From sequence record OZ035786.1: 45,312 nucleotides of DNA, one strand, 5' to 3'. Every line of letters begins with the position of its first letter. Positions within the stretch are counted from its first letter, which is position 1. Shown piece after piece: positions 28,334-37,605 of this stretch. The DNA is from Veterinaerplatzvirus T145P1. A program made the position numbers and the translations under genes. The notes under the pieces are model-generated. The model was given only the letters and a program-made list of their open reading frames with translations, was not told the DNA's origin and did no database searches.

Positions 28334-30328
28334 ATGTTGCCTATCGAGAAGCTGGTTGCAAATTTCGATAAAGAAAGAATCAAACAGATTCAGAAAGACT
28401 ATCAGTTTGGAGAGATAACCCCTTACGAATTCCAGTGCGTGACATTTGATGCAATCGGAAAGGCTATTGGCAAGTACGAGGCACCATTTATCGCAGACCT
28501 TTCAGTATCTGCGGGTAAGACAATCATTCTTGCCATGATTGGTAAGCGCATGGAGCAGCTTGGGCTTCCCTATATGGTTCTCTCTCGCCAGTCAGAGATT
28601 ATCAGCCAGAACTCAGAAGAGCTTCGTAATTTCGGCATACGTAATAGCGTCTATTGCGCTGGCCTTAACGTCAAATCAGTTTACTACCCAACTATAGTGG
28701 CCAGTGAGGGTACGGCAGCCAACGGCTTGTTTAAGGGGCTTGGTGACTATGTTCCGGCAGTTATCGCTATAGATGAGTGTCACATGGTCGATCACATGGA
28801 TATCGTGGAGGCTGAAGAGAATGAAGAAACATTTGAGCAAATGAGCACAAAGAAAGGCGATATGGTTTTTAAGGATGGCGTAAACACAGGATTGCTTGGT
28901 ACTGGTCGTGCGCAGTACACGCTAATTATCACCGAGATGAAACGTCGTTGTCGTGAGAAGTACGGGCGTGAGCTTCGTATATTCGGTCTTACTGGCAGCC
29001 CGTATCGTAACAACGATCATATCGTCGTTAGCAACCCAAACATCCGTGGATTCTGGCGCAAAACAGTGATTCAGGTGCCAACAAATTATCTGGTTGATTT
29101 GGGCTTCGTTGTTCCTACTGTTTATGGTGAAGTTGGTGACCTGGGTTATGACCTTAGTGAGTTTGCGCCAGACGGAAGCGATGGCGTTAAAGACTTCAGC
29201 AAGAAAGAAATGGATGCAATGGCTGCAAAGATTCACGACAACCAATCAATGACCCAAAAGATAATGGGTTTTGTTGTGAAAATACTCGAGACTCGTAACG
29301 CTGCATTGGTAACATGCGCTGGCAAACTCCATTGTGATGAGGCTGCTGCGGCACTACCAGATGGATACCCTTACGCCATCATCACAGACTCTACGGGAGA
29401 GAGGAAGCGCAGGGAGATTCTGGCTGATTGCCAGACAGGTAAGTACAAAATAATATTCCAGATTGGTTGTCTTACTACGGGCGTAAACCAGCCGCTGTGG
29501 GATACTAGCGTCATACTACGCAAGATTGGCAGCCTAACGCTTATGATTCAGCTTCTTGGTAGGGGGATGCGCAAACTTAAGAGATCTCATATTGATGCTG
29601 GTTTTCATAAAGAAGATCACCTTGTGCTGGATTTTGCTGGCGCACTTGATGATATGGCTGAGCTTTACTTTGACCCAATTATTGAAGAGATTCAGGCTGA
29701 GAAGTTTAAATCCTCAAGAAAAGGTGGCGATGAGGTTCGTCAGTGTCCGCAATGTGGATATGAAAATTCCCCATTCGCTCGTCGCTGTAGCAATAAGATT
29801 GATGGCGTTAGATGCGATCACTTCTTTCAGTTCACAATTTGCGAAGACATTACCGACGCGCAAACTAAATCGGTAATTAAAAAGGGTTGTGGCGCTCGCA
29901 ATGACATAGCAGCAAAGGTTTGCAGGGAATGCGGCGAGATGCTTAAAGACCCAAATGCTAACCTGACTGGCAAAATGTATCGTCGTGGTGATTACCTTCG
30001 TGTTTATGATTTTCAAGTTGGGTTAAGTAAGAATCAGACAGGCATTGTAGTTAAGTACAATATAATGGCTCATAACGGAGAGAGATTTAACGCTTGGGAG
30101 TTCTTTAATCCAGAATCAGACCATCGAGTTTGCAGTGTGCTCTGGAAGAACTTTTGCTTAGCTCATATTGAGAATCGCACGGAAGCGGCACGAATTGGCA
30201 GGCTTAAAAATGCCAGAATGATTATGACTAACGTAGATAAGTTCCGTGCGCCAGTTCAGGTTACGCATCGCCGGAATGCAAAAGGAAAGGACGTGATAGC
30301 GTTTAAGAATTTTGGAGAATTATTATGA
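28334..30328 (+). CDS. superfamily 2 DNA helicase with C-terminal zinc-ribbon motifs
   Basis: Walker A SVSAGKT, DExH box IAIDECH, motif VI-like LLGRGMRK; CPQCGYEN...CRECGEM pairs near C-terminus. Confidence 0.8.
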   Translation: MLPIEKLVANFDKERIKQIQKDYQFGEITPYEFQCVTFDAIGKAIGKYEAPFIADLSVSAGKTIILAMIGKRMEQLGLPYMVLSRQSEIISQNSEELRNFGIRNSVYCAGLNVKSVYYPTIVASEGTAANGLFKGLGDYVPAVIAIDECHMVDHMDIVEAEENEETFEQMSTKKGDMVFKDGVNTGLLGTGRAQYTLIITEMKRRCREKYGRELRIFGLTGSPYRNNDHIVVSNPNIRGFWRKTVIQVPTNYLVDLGFVVPTVYGEVGDLGYDLSEFAPDGSDGVKDFSKKEMDAMAAKIHDNQSMTQKIMGFVVKILETRNAALVTCAGKLHCDEAAAALPDGYPYAIITDSTGERKRREILADCQTGKYKIIFQIGCLTTGVNQPLWDTSVILRKIGSLTLMIQLLGRGMRKLKRSHIDAGFHKEDHLVLDFAGALDDMAELYFDPIIEEIQAEKFKSSRKGGDEVRQCPQCGYENSPFARRCSNKIDGVRCDHFFQFTICEDITDAQTKSVIKKGCGARNDIAAKVCRECGEMLKDPNANLTGKMYRRGDYLRVYDFQVGLSKNQTGIVVKYNIMAHNGERFNAWEFFNPESDHRVCSVLWKNFCLAHIENRTEAARIGRLKNARMIMTNVDKFRAPVQVTHRRNAKGKDVIAFKNFGELL

Positions 30329-30744
30329 AGATTACAGATAAAGAAGATTACATTGAGTTTTACCCGGGTCCGGTTAAGTCATGCCCTAAAGAGGATGACG
30401 AACAAATCTTTTGCTCTGATTGGGTTAAGTATAACTACCCAGATATGGTATTTTTCCATTGCGTGAATGAGGGAAAGAAAACCATTGGTCAAGCAAGAAA
30501 AGACCAGGCTAAGGGGCTTCTAAAAGGCGTATCAGACTGTATGTTTCTTATTCCTGAATCACTTCGAGGTAAGTATCCTTTCGGAGCTATAGAGCTAAAG
30601 AGGGCTGGCAAAACTCAAGCAAGTCCAGTCAGCGAAGAACAGAAAGCATTCCTGAAAAGTGTAATGGAATCAGGCGGTTTCTCGGCAGTCGCCTACGGAC
30701 GTGAGGGTTTTCTTGCAGCATTCAAAGAAATGATTTCAAAATAG
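30325..30744 (+). CDS. VRR-NUC domain nuclease (putative)
   Basis: ATG overlaps helicase stop (ATGA); GVSDCMFL...GAIELKRAGK resembles the D...E-x-K core of VRR-NUC. Confidence 0.5.
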   Translation: MKITDKEDYIEFYPGPVKSCPKEDDEQIFCSDWVKYNYPDMVFFHCVNEGKKTIGQARKDQAKGLLKGVSDCMFLIPESLRGKYPFGAIELKRAGKTQASPVSEEQKAFLKSVMESGGFSAVAYGREGFLAAFKEMISK

Positions 30745-30784
30745 CACGAATTGCTAAAGGCGATTTTAAAAGATGGGGTATAGT
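30741..30784 (+). promoter_or_regulatory. phage promoter family copy
   Basis: atagcacgaattgctaaa with TAG stop inside, 22 bp, tatagtta, ccatcgaaacgaaa leader. Confidence 0.6.
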
Positions 30785-30820
30785 TACTCCATCGAAACGA
30801 AACACAAAGAGAGAAATAAA

Positions 30821-31021
30821 ATGGCTACTATCTACACTGGAAAATTCTACGAATCACGCAAAACTGGTTACGAATATGAGTTGGTCATCACAGAAGATGG
30901 TTACATCCTCATTGATGTAATGGATGGAGATTACTCTTTCGAAGTTAGCCCTAGCTACAAAGATGATTTAGAAACTGTTAAAAACGAATTTGGCGAAAAA
31001 TTTGATGAGGTATCAGAATGA
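30821..31021 (+). CDS. hypothetical protein
   Basis: Start moved to Met17 of track ORF (SD aagagag); 66 aa; the track N-terminus would lie over the promoter. Confidence 0.5.
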   Translation: MATIYTGKFYESRKTGYEYELVITEDGYILIDVMDGDYSFEVSPSYKDDLETVKNEFGEKFDEVSE

Positions 31022-31176
31022 GAGAGGCAATTGTAAACTGGAAAACTGGGGAGGATTCAACGTTCTTCTTCAATACATTCTCACAATACATTGATAAGTT
31101 TGTTTTCGTAATTGATGGTGGGTGTGAGGTTGTTGTTCCAATTAAGTCGATTGATGGATTGGAGGTATCGGAATAA
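31018..31176 (+). CDS. hypothetical small protein
   Basis: 52-aa ORF below the track cut-off; ATGA overlap upstream and TAATG overlap downstream. Confidence 0.35.
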   Translation: MREAIVNWKTGEDSTFFFNTFSQYIDKFVFVIDGGCEVVVPIKSIDGLEVSE

Positions 31177-31397
31177 TGGCAATTTTTACATTTGAGAATC
31201 AATGGGAAGTATTTAAATTAATGGCAATGCAGGAGTTAAATAAAGCAGGATATCAACCAAACTCATACGATCTTGCTGAGTCATTGGACTATAGCTTTGA
31301 AGAAGATTACCTGAACACTGATATCGAAACATGGCGCGACCGTATGGTTGCTGATATCGAAGAAATGAAGAAAGATTGCCCGGAGGATTTCTTATGA
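31176..31397 (+). CDS. hypothetical protein
   Basis: 73-aa acidic ORF, translationally coupled. Confidence 0.5.
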   Translation: MAIFTFENQWEVFKLMAMQELNKAGYQPNSYDLAESLDYSFEEDYLNTDIETWRDRMVADIEEMKKDCPEDFL

Positions 31398-31594
31398 TTA
31401 ATAATAGACCGTTCGTTGTTACGTTTAAGCCAAGAAACAACACCCCACGGATGGATATTGATGAGTACCTTCTAAAGCGCGGGAATAGCTATTTTGTTCT
31501 TGAAATTTCCGCAGACTCAGATAGATACATCGTTAAAAACGATGCGGGTATTGTTGTTAGTGTTTCAAAATTAGATGTGGAGATTGTGAGATGA
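31394..31594 (+). CDS. hypothetical protein
   Basis: Track start is TTG 31376; ATG 31394 has SD ggagg and overlaps upstream stop (ATGA). Confidence 0.45.
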   Translation: MINNRPFVVTFKPRNNTPRMDIDEYLLKRGNSYFVLEISADSDRYIVKNDAGIVVSVSKLDVEIVR

Positions 31595-31785
31595 TTAATG
31601 CAACTTGTGTAAAAGCAAATGGTTTCTTTACTCTACTTGAAGATTACGAAATTATCTTTAATTCAGATGGCGCAATAACAGTATTGAGCGATAATGGATG
31701 CTATTGGTTCGTTAGTTATCAAGGTGACGGGTATTACGGGTGTAGAGATTCGAATGGAAAAGAAGTTAGCTTCTTAGTTGAATAG
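31591..31785 (+). CDS. hypothetical protein
   Basis: 64-aa ORF, ATGA overlap upstream, stop inside next promoter motif. Confidence 0.45.
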   Translation: MINATCVKANGFFTLLEDYEIIFNSDGAITVLSDNGCYWFVSYQGDGYYGCRDSNGKEVSFLVE

Positions 31786-31825
31786 CACTTTTTGTTAAAA
31801 CTCAAATCCACGTATGGATTATATT
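31782..31825 (+). promoter_or_regulatory. phage promoter family copy (variant)
   Basis: atagcactttttgttaaaa, 22 bp, tatatt. Confidence 0.5.
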
Positions 31826-31855
31826 AAGCACATCAACAACACATAGGATTAAGAG

Positions 31856-31981
31856 ATGAAAATTGTAGACAGAGAGATGTTTGAGATCGCACAGATATAC
31901 GCAAATGATGCTGTAAAAACTGGCTCTGATTATTGCTGGATGTGCGCTAAAGAATACCTGAAAATGGCCTACGGCTTATGA
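31856..31981 (+). CDS. hypothetical small protein
   Basis: 41-aa ORF (MKIVDREMFEIAQIY...), SD aagag, stop overlaps next ATG. Confidence 0.3.
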   Translation: MKIVDREMFEIAQIYANDAVKTGSDYCWMCAKEYLKMAYGL

Positions 31982-32226
31982 TAGTTGAAACTGGGCGAGC
32001 GGCAGTATGGGCGCATTGTGGAGAGGCTGGATTGCAAGATGACATTAAGCAGATATCCCGCTTCTTTGAAATAAAAGATATCAGTGTTGTCTTTAATGGT
32101 AAATTCTCATACATGGATGAGCGACCAAGAAAATACGTAAGAGTTAAGCCAGGTGTCAGGATTAATGTTAATGAATTCCTTAAATCTGAGGGATTCAAGT
32201 TTAAGATAACGAAGCCTAAGGATTAA
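31978..32226 (+). CDS. hypothetical protein
   Basis: 82-aa ORF from the track. Confidence 0.5.
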   Translation: MIVETGRAAVWAHCGEAGLQDDIKQISRFFEIKDISVVFNGKFSYMDERPRKYVRVKPGVRINVNEFLKSEGFKFKITKPKD

Positions 32227-32228
32227 GT

Positions 32229-32480
32229 ATGTTGGGTTTAGATTTTCAGCCAGAGCATTACGATTTAGTATATGGACAAAGTGGATCTAAGTTTAGAACG
32301 ATACCTATCGCTGACTGGTTCCCTCCTGACTATGTTGATGTGAATGCAAAAACTAAAGACGGCAAGTGGGTGCAGATTTACTACTCCCCAGCATGCGGAA
32401 ACCTTTGCATGACTGACCTTGATCAGAAATTAGCAATTAGTGCGGAAGTGATAGACTACTGGTTGAAAGAAGTTGAATGA
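32229..32480 (+). CDS. hypothetical protein
   Basis: 83-aa ORF, SD aagga. Confidence 0.5.
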   Translation: MLGLDFQPEHYDLVYGQSGSKFRTIPIADWFPPDYVDVNAKTKDGKWVQIYYSPACGNLCMTDLDQKLAISAEVIDYWLKEVE

Positions 32481-32563
32481 CGAGCCTAATACTAGTAGCA
32501 TCGTTACCACTGTTTAGCTTTACCATCTTATACTTTATCGTAATGAATTAAGGAACTTCTATA

Positions 32564-33694
32564 ATGGCAACAGCAAAAATCACCAACGAACAATTGCGCG
32601 AAGAGTTAGCAAACGGCATGACCAACAAGGCAATCGCAGAGAAGTACGGAATGAACATTCGCAACGTTGAATTGCGTCGCAGTAAATTAGCTAAACAAGG
32701 CGAAGGGCATGGTCGCGATGTAAGCAACTTAATCCCTCAGGGCTATGCAGTTAAAGGCGTCTCCAGCTTAATTGGTGCTGATGGCGAGATTAAGCAACAG
32801 TGGGTTAAATCAGATATCGACAAGGAGAAGCAAGAAGAGATGATGCTTCAGGCAATTCAGGCCCTAACTGATGAGTTGCCGCGTGAGAAAGCTAAAGCTT
32901 TAAGGGTTGGTTTATGGGAAGATACTTTAAGCCTTTACCCCGTGTTCGACCTCCACATTGGAGCAATGGCTCATCATGCTGAGTGTGGTGAGAACTATAG
33001 TACTGAAATCGCTGAGAGAGTTCTTAATGATTACTTTGATTACGCGGTTGCAAAGGCCCCCAACTCCAAGAAAGCTGTATTGCTGATTGGGGGTGACTTC
33101 CTTCACTCTGACGGAATGGAAGCGGTAACACCAACCAGTTGTCATGTTCTTGATCAAGATAGCCGTTATCACAAACTTGTTTACGTAGCAGTGCGATCGA
33201 CACGTCGAGCAATTAGCCGCATGCTTGATAAGCACGCCGAGGTTGAGGTTCAGATTATTCCAGGTAACCACGATCTCTCAGGTATGATTTGGCTTCGTGC
33301 TGCAATGGCAGCTTTCTATATGGATGAGCCTCGAGTTAATGTTGATGCGTCCCCCGCTGCGCTTCACGTAACGCAATTTGGGAAGACGCTGCTTGGTTAC
33401 TGCCATGGGCACGAACTCAAAAAGCCTGATACCCGACTATCAGCACTGGCTCGTGACCATCGCAAAGCATTTGGTGAATCAGAGTATGTTTACACCCATT
33501 CAGGCCACTATCACCATCAAACTATTACGGAAGGAAATCTGGGTATTGATGAATCACACGGCCAGCTTGGAGCGAAAGATGCGTACAGTGCTAACGGAGG
33601 TTATCGCTCTTACCGACAGGCTTCGGTGATAATTTATAGTCCTGAGTTTGGTGAGATTGGACGATTTACTTGCCGCCCGGAAATGTTTAGTTAA
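32564..33694 (+). CDS. HTH domain fused to calcineurin-like metallophosphoesterase
   Basis: N-terminal HTH-like TNKAIAEKYGMNIRNVELRRSKL; phosphoesterase motifs DLH, GGDFLH, GNHD, CHGHE, HSGHYHH in order. Confidence 0.6.
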   Translation: MATAKITNEQLREELANGMTNKAIAEKYGMNIRNVELRRSKLAKQGEGHGRDVSNLIPQGYAVKGVSSLIGADGEIKQQWVKSDIDKEKQEEMMLQAIQALTDELPREKAKALRVGLWEDTLSLYPVFDLHIGAMAHHAECGENYSTEIAERVLNDYFDYAVAKAPNSKKAVLLIGGDFLHSDGMEAVTPTSCHVLDQDSRYHKLVYVAVRSTRRAISRMLDKHAEVEVQIIPGNHDLSGMIWLRAAMAAFYMDEPRVNVDASPAALHVTQFGKTLLGYCHGHELKKPDTRLSALARDHRKAFGESEYVYTHSGHYHHQTITEGNLGIDESHGQLGAKDAYSANGGYRSYRQASVIIYSPEFGEIGRFTCRPEMFS

Positions 33695-33737
33695 TAGCAC
33701 TTTTTGCCTAACGCATGCCGTAGAAATGCGGCATAAT
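33694..33737 (+). promoter_or_regulatory. phage promoter family copy (variant with hairpin in spacer)
   Basis: atagcactttttgcctaa, 22-bp spacer containing atgccg/cggcat inverted repeat, cataat, cacatcgaaacgag leader. Confidence 0.5.
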
Positions 33738-33778
33738 TACCACATCGAAACGAGATGAACTAAACGAGGAAACACAAA

Positions 33779-33955
33779 ATGACTAAAATGATTTATTGCA
33801 CCAAAAACAACTCCAAAACGCTGCCATTTACAGTTAACCAGCCGTACAATGCAGAGTACCAGGGTGATGGATATTACAAGATTTACGGTGACGATATGAC
33901 GTGGATTTTAGCGCCGATTGAAGGTTCACTGGTTGAATTTATTATCGCTGACTAG
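33779..33955 (+). CDS. hypothetical small protein
   Basis: 58-aa ORF (MTKMIYCTKNNSK...), SD acgagg, followed by terminator. Confidence 0.4.
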   Translation: MTKMIYCTKNNSKTLPFTVNQPYNAEYQGDGYYKIYGDDMTWILAPIEGSLVEFIIAD

Positions 33956-33981
33956 CACAGAAAAAACATAGCGTTACGCAC

Positions 33982-34007
33982 GGGGGGCCTTTTGGCTCCC
34001 CTTTTTT
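33982..34007 (+). terminator. rho-independent terminator
   Basis: ggggggcc-tttt-ggctcccc hairpin followed by T6. Confidence 0.7.
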
Positions 34008-34086
34008 ATGCTTCTTTTCCGAGCATGGCTCCTGTATCATGTTTACACTAACTTAAACATTGACAAATAAATAAATGGAGGATCAC

Positions 34087-34302
34087 ATGAGGGAAGTAAT
34101 CAACGCCGCTACGGCGTCAACTGGAGGGGCAGCGGTAACTGGAGCGGCAACTGGTCAGATGACTATAGCAATAATCAGCCTTATCGCTTTAATCATTTTT
34201 GGTGCGTGGGGTGCTTACTGGAAGTTTAAGGATAGCCAGGCGATTCGGCGCGCTCTTGAATCAGGAGACTTAAAAACAGCAATCAAGATAAGGAGTAAGT
34301 AA
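34087..34302 (+). CDS. holin (putative)
   Basis: Start moved to Met5 (SD ggagga); one hydrophobic segment MTIAIISLIALIIFGAWGAYW and charged C-terminus; directly upstream of endolysin. Confidence 0.6.
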   Translation: MREVINAATASTGGAAVTGAATGQMTIAIISLIALIIFGAWGAYWKFKDSQAIRRALESGDLKTAIKIRSK

Positions 34303-34788
34303 ATGAAGCAGAAGCTGCTAATTAGCGCGGCTACGGCTGCGGCAATATACATCGCAGCGCCGCTTATTGAGCTTGTTGAGGGGGTTGAGAATAAGCCATA
34401 TATGGACATTGCTGGAATCCCTACTGTTTGCTCTGGCGTTACTGGCCCTGACGTAATTTGGGGTAAGACTTACAGCAACAGGGAGTGCCGTAACCTGCTG
34501 GAGAAGCACATCCAGATTCATGCTAAGTATGTTCAGGATGCAGTCACCTACCCAATTGCACCGCAGACAAGGGCAGCGTTAATCAGCTTTAGCTATAACG
34601 TTGGTGGTAATGCTATGAGGAAATCTACTGCCGTTAAGTTAATTAACCAGGGTAAGATTGAGCGGGGTTGCAAGGCTCTCGGGATGTGGACAAAGGCTAC
34701 CATTAATGGCAAAAAGGTTGTCGTTAATGGTTTGGTTAATCGCAGGAATGAGGAGATTAAGTTATGTTTAAGCGGATTGCAGCATTAG
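34303..34788 (+). CDS. endolysin, lysozyme with N-terminal signal-anchor-release (SAR) domain
   Basis: Glu-8aa-Asp-5aa-Thr catalytic spacing in EGVENKPYMDIAGIPT, conserved TVCSGVTG; hydrophobic Ala-rich N-terminus. Confidence 0.75.
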   Translation: MKQKLLISAATAAAIYIAAPLIELVEGVENKPYMDIAGIPTVCSGVTGPDVIWGKTYSNRECRNLLEKHIQIHAKYVQDAVTYPIAPQTRAALISFSYNVGGNAMRKSTAVKLINQGKIERGCKALGMWTKATINGKKVVVNGLVNRRNEEIKLCLSGLQH

Positions 34789-35153
34789 TAATGTGCGTAG
34801 CTTTATCTGGATGTTCGGCAACTGATGCACTGACTGGATTGATTGGAAGCAAGCCGGAAGTTACAGCTCAGGTCGGGGCTGAGAACAACAAGGTTGGCGT
34901 TGGGTTAACGAATAAGGTCGATTCCAGCAGCTCCAGTGAAGCCACGGTTAAAGATTCTAAAGTTGGGTCACTTGATAGCTCAAGCGGGAAAAAGACTGCT
35001 GACAACTCGATTAAGGCATCTACAATCACTGCCGAAAAGATTGAGATTACCAACAACGACTCATCCGCGCCTCCATGGATTGTAATGGGAGCTATGGGGT
35101 TGCTGTTTTTTGTTCCACTTACCGCAATCTTAAGACGCAAAAAAGCCTCCTAA
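34764..35153 (+). CDS. unimolecular spanin (lipoprotein signal plus C-terminal transmembrane helix)
   Basis: Lipobox ALSGCS at N-terminus, Ser-rich linker, C-terminal WIVMGAMGLLFFVPLTAIL then RRKK; overlaps endolysin end. Confidence 0.65.
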   Translation: MFKRIAALVMCVALSGCSATDALTGLIGSKPEVTAQVGAENNKVGVGLTNKVDSSSSSEATVKDSKVGSLDSSSGKKTADNSIKASTITAEKIEITNNDSSAPPWIVMGAMGLLFFVPLTAILRRKKAS

Positions 35154-35169
35154 TGGAGGCTATATTTTT
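35139..35169. terminator. bidirectional rho-independent terminator
   Basis: gcctcc-taat-ggaggc hairpin containing the spanin stop codon, A-run upstream and T-rich downstream. Confidence 0.7.
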
Positions 35170-35503
35170 AGCTAAATAACTCGTCGTCAGTCATTGTTCC
35201 TATATTCATCATCTCTTTTATGTACTTGCTTTGATACCCGTTAAGCGCCTCGAAGTTAAACTCAAATGGCCTCTTCAAGCTACCATTGCTAGCAAACTCA
35301 CCGCACTTACCATCAATGTATCCCATGCTAAGCATCTTCGCGCAGAACTCCTTTGAAGCCGCGCTGCAAAACTCCCTATGCGATAATCCTGCCGCCTTAC
35401 TGAATCTCTGAGAGTCCTTATGCTGGTAGATGAATCGCGCCAAATGCTGTCGCGTGAAAAAGCTGTAAGATTCGCAGAACCGGTACAAGTCAAGGATGAA
35501 CAT
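35168..35503 (-). CDS. hypothetical protein
   Basis: 111-aa ORF, SD caggag. Confidence 0.5.
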   Translation of the reverse strand: MFILDLYRFCESYSFFTRQHLARFIYQHKDSQRFSKAAGLSHREFCSAASKEFCAKMLSMGYIDGKCGEFASNGSLKRPFEFNFEALNGYQSKYIKEMMNIGTMTDDELFS

Positions 35504-35595
35504 AATTAACTCCTGAGCACTGCCAAAACAAATAGAAGCATCGAAATTGTTACAACAAAACCAAGTATTATCAGTAGTATCGATTCAATCATAAA

Positions 35596-37179
35596 TCACC
35601 CCAGCAATCTCGGATTAATGTAAACTTTATCACCAATCAGGCACGTATAGTTTTTCTCATCAAGCATTGGCAGTAAGTGATCTTTAATCTTCGTCATCAC
35701 TCCAGCCTGAGCCTCGAACGGCTTAACCTTTCGCGCCGCTTCATACAATGAGCGAATGCCAACAACACCCTTACCGTTTTTACCCTGCTTGATCAGGATA
35801 TCAATCAGCTTATTCATCTCGGCATTGTCGCCAGCGTGACCAGCCGCGTTGGCAGATGACAAATAAGTCTTGCTAAGCTCCTGGAACATTATTACAGCTT
35901 CTTGCATGGTATCAAGCTCAATCTCTCTGGATTTCTGTGGACTCCCACCGCTAGGGTTGAACCAGTTGCGCACTGTGTGAAGAACAGCAGCAATCCTGAT
36001 AGCCTGCTTATCGAATTTACCCAGCGCGCCGCGCAACATTGTGTGGGAATACTTACCGCCGTCCGCAAGGTGCGGCTCCATTTCCTGACGTGCCCGGTTT
36101 AGATATTTCATCGCTGAGTTGCTAACCGTCAACTTTACTTCTTGCTCATTCATGATTTCGTGAACCAGGCGGAAGTAGTTAGCCTTAAGCTCACCATCAA
36201 TTGGCTCGTAAGTTGAGTTGCCATTCTCATCGACGAATACACGCTCGCCAAGGAATGATTTTTCACGCACAAGTAGAAAACGTTCCGACACACCAATACC
36301 ACGAGCACCAGCATTCATGATTGCGTTTATTGTCTCATCTTGCGCAATTACAGAGATGCATCCCATAGCGACGAAGCTCATGTTGTTTTCTGCGTTCGCA
36401 CGCGCAATGGACACGTTACCAGCATCCCACGCCTTGAGTACGAGCTCGCTGTTCGTTTTCTTTGAGCCATCACCATAGGTCATACCTAGCAGAGAGTTCA
36501 CGCTCGTTGCTTCATCAGAGATAACCGCGAAGTTGCCCTGGCGGTTGTTTATTCGCGCAAGACCTTCAGGCGTCGTATCTGATACTGGAAATACGATATC
36601 GCACATCTTTTCCAGCTTCTCCTCTAAATCCTCTTTCTCCTCAAAGAGAGACGCCATCTCTGATGGTGACTTTTCCTGCTTCATCTCTTTGGATAATGCA
36701 GACAGCTTTGCCATAATCTTTTTACGCTCACGCTTTCGCACTTCATTAAGCCGCTCAGTCTCAGCAATCATTGGCGCAATAGAAAGCGAGTTAATTGCTG
36801 ATTTACCTGTGGATGGTGGCTGACTGGTTACTACGTATAGAGAGGTCGGTTGCTGGGTTCCGTGATACTCTACTGTAAAACGTCCCAGCATGGCGGCAGA
36901 AATACACCCCAGAAAGTGCATATAAGCTGAAGACTCTGGAAATTGAACAGAACGGGCAATATTGGCTGACAGCTTACCAACAACATCAATGTCATTACCG
37001 AGTGAGATTACGGGATACTTGTCATTAGCCGCATCAATCTCAACTGGCGCTTTCCAGAATGATTGAGACTGACGATATCCATTGGCATTAATAGCGACGC
37101 GCAGGGGTGGGAGGTTGTCTGCGGCAGCAATTGCCATAACCTGTTCAACAGATAGCTTATCTTCGTTGAAATCAAACAT
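35596..37179 (-). CDS. hypothetical protein with P-loop-like motif (possible replication-associated NTPase)
   Basis: 527 aa, SD ggagag; PPSTGKS Walker A-like motif; Lys/Glu-rich central linker. Confidence 0.5.
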   Translation of the reverse strand: MFDFNEDKLSVEQVMAIAAADNLPPLRVAINANGYRQSQSFWKAPVEIDAANDKYPVISLGNDIDVVGKLSANIARSVQFPESSAYMHFLGCISAAMLGRFTVEYHGTQQPTSLYVVTSQPPSTGKSAINSLSIAPMIAETERLNEVRKRERKKIMAKLSALSKEMKQEKSPSEMASLFEEKEDLEEKLEKMCDIVFPVSDTTPEGLARINNRQGNFAVISDEATSVNSLLGMTYGDGSKKTNSELVLKAWDAGNVSIARANAENNMSFVAMGCISVIAQDETINAIMNAGARGIGVSERFLLVREKSFLGERVFVDENGNSTYEPIDGELKANYFRLVHEIMNEQEVKLTVSNSAMKYLNRARQEMEPHLADGGKYSHTMLRGALGKFDKQAIRIAAVLHTVRNWFNPSGGSPQKSREIELDTMQEAVIMFQELSKTYLSSANAAGHAGDNAEMNKLIDILIKQGKNGKGVVGIRSLYEAARKVKPFEAQAGVMTKIKDHLLPMLDEKNYTCLIGDKVYINPRLLG

Positions 37180-37365
37180 TACTTCTCTCCGTGTTGTTTC
37201 TGAGCGGCCATTATAACAACGACCGCTTATAAAGCATTATCAATTTGTGCTATTAATTGTTCTTAATCCACTTTAGACACATCCACAATCCAGCCCCATA
37301 GAATGCAATCTTGAGAACTTCAGCTAAGACAAGGATAATAAAGTATCCACCACCAAGTAAATCAA

Positions 37366-37605
37366 TCATTTTTTAATCTCCATTTCCACAATTTCATAAC
37401 TTATGTAATTATTTATCATTCCAATAAGTGATTTTGGGTATGTCTTCATATGCTTCTTGGCGGAATCTTCATCAAGATGTGCTGATATGTTGTGAAAATT
37501 GTATTCATAATCCATGCCAATTAGTATGTATATCTTATCGTGAGCATTAATGAAGTTATTTGATTTTATTTCCCCAAGCGACCAGCCCTTTCCTTTTCTA
37601 ATCAT
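37366..37605 (-). CDS. hypothetical protein
   Basis: 79-aa ORF, start overlaps upstream stop (ATGA). Confidence 0.5.
   Translation of the reverse strand: MIRKGKGWSLGEIKSNNFINAHDKIYILIGMDYEYNFHNISAHLDEDSAKKHMKTYPKSLIGMINNYISYEIVEMEIKK

Noticed and set aside
34010-34086. Dedicated promoter for the lysis cassette
   Set aside because: TTTACA and TTGACA hexamers are present but neither has an acceptable -10 at 16-18 bp; lysis genes are more likely transcribed by read-through.
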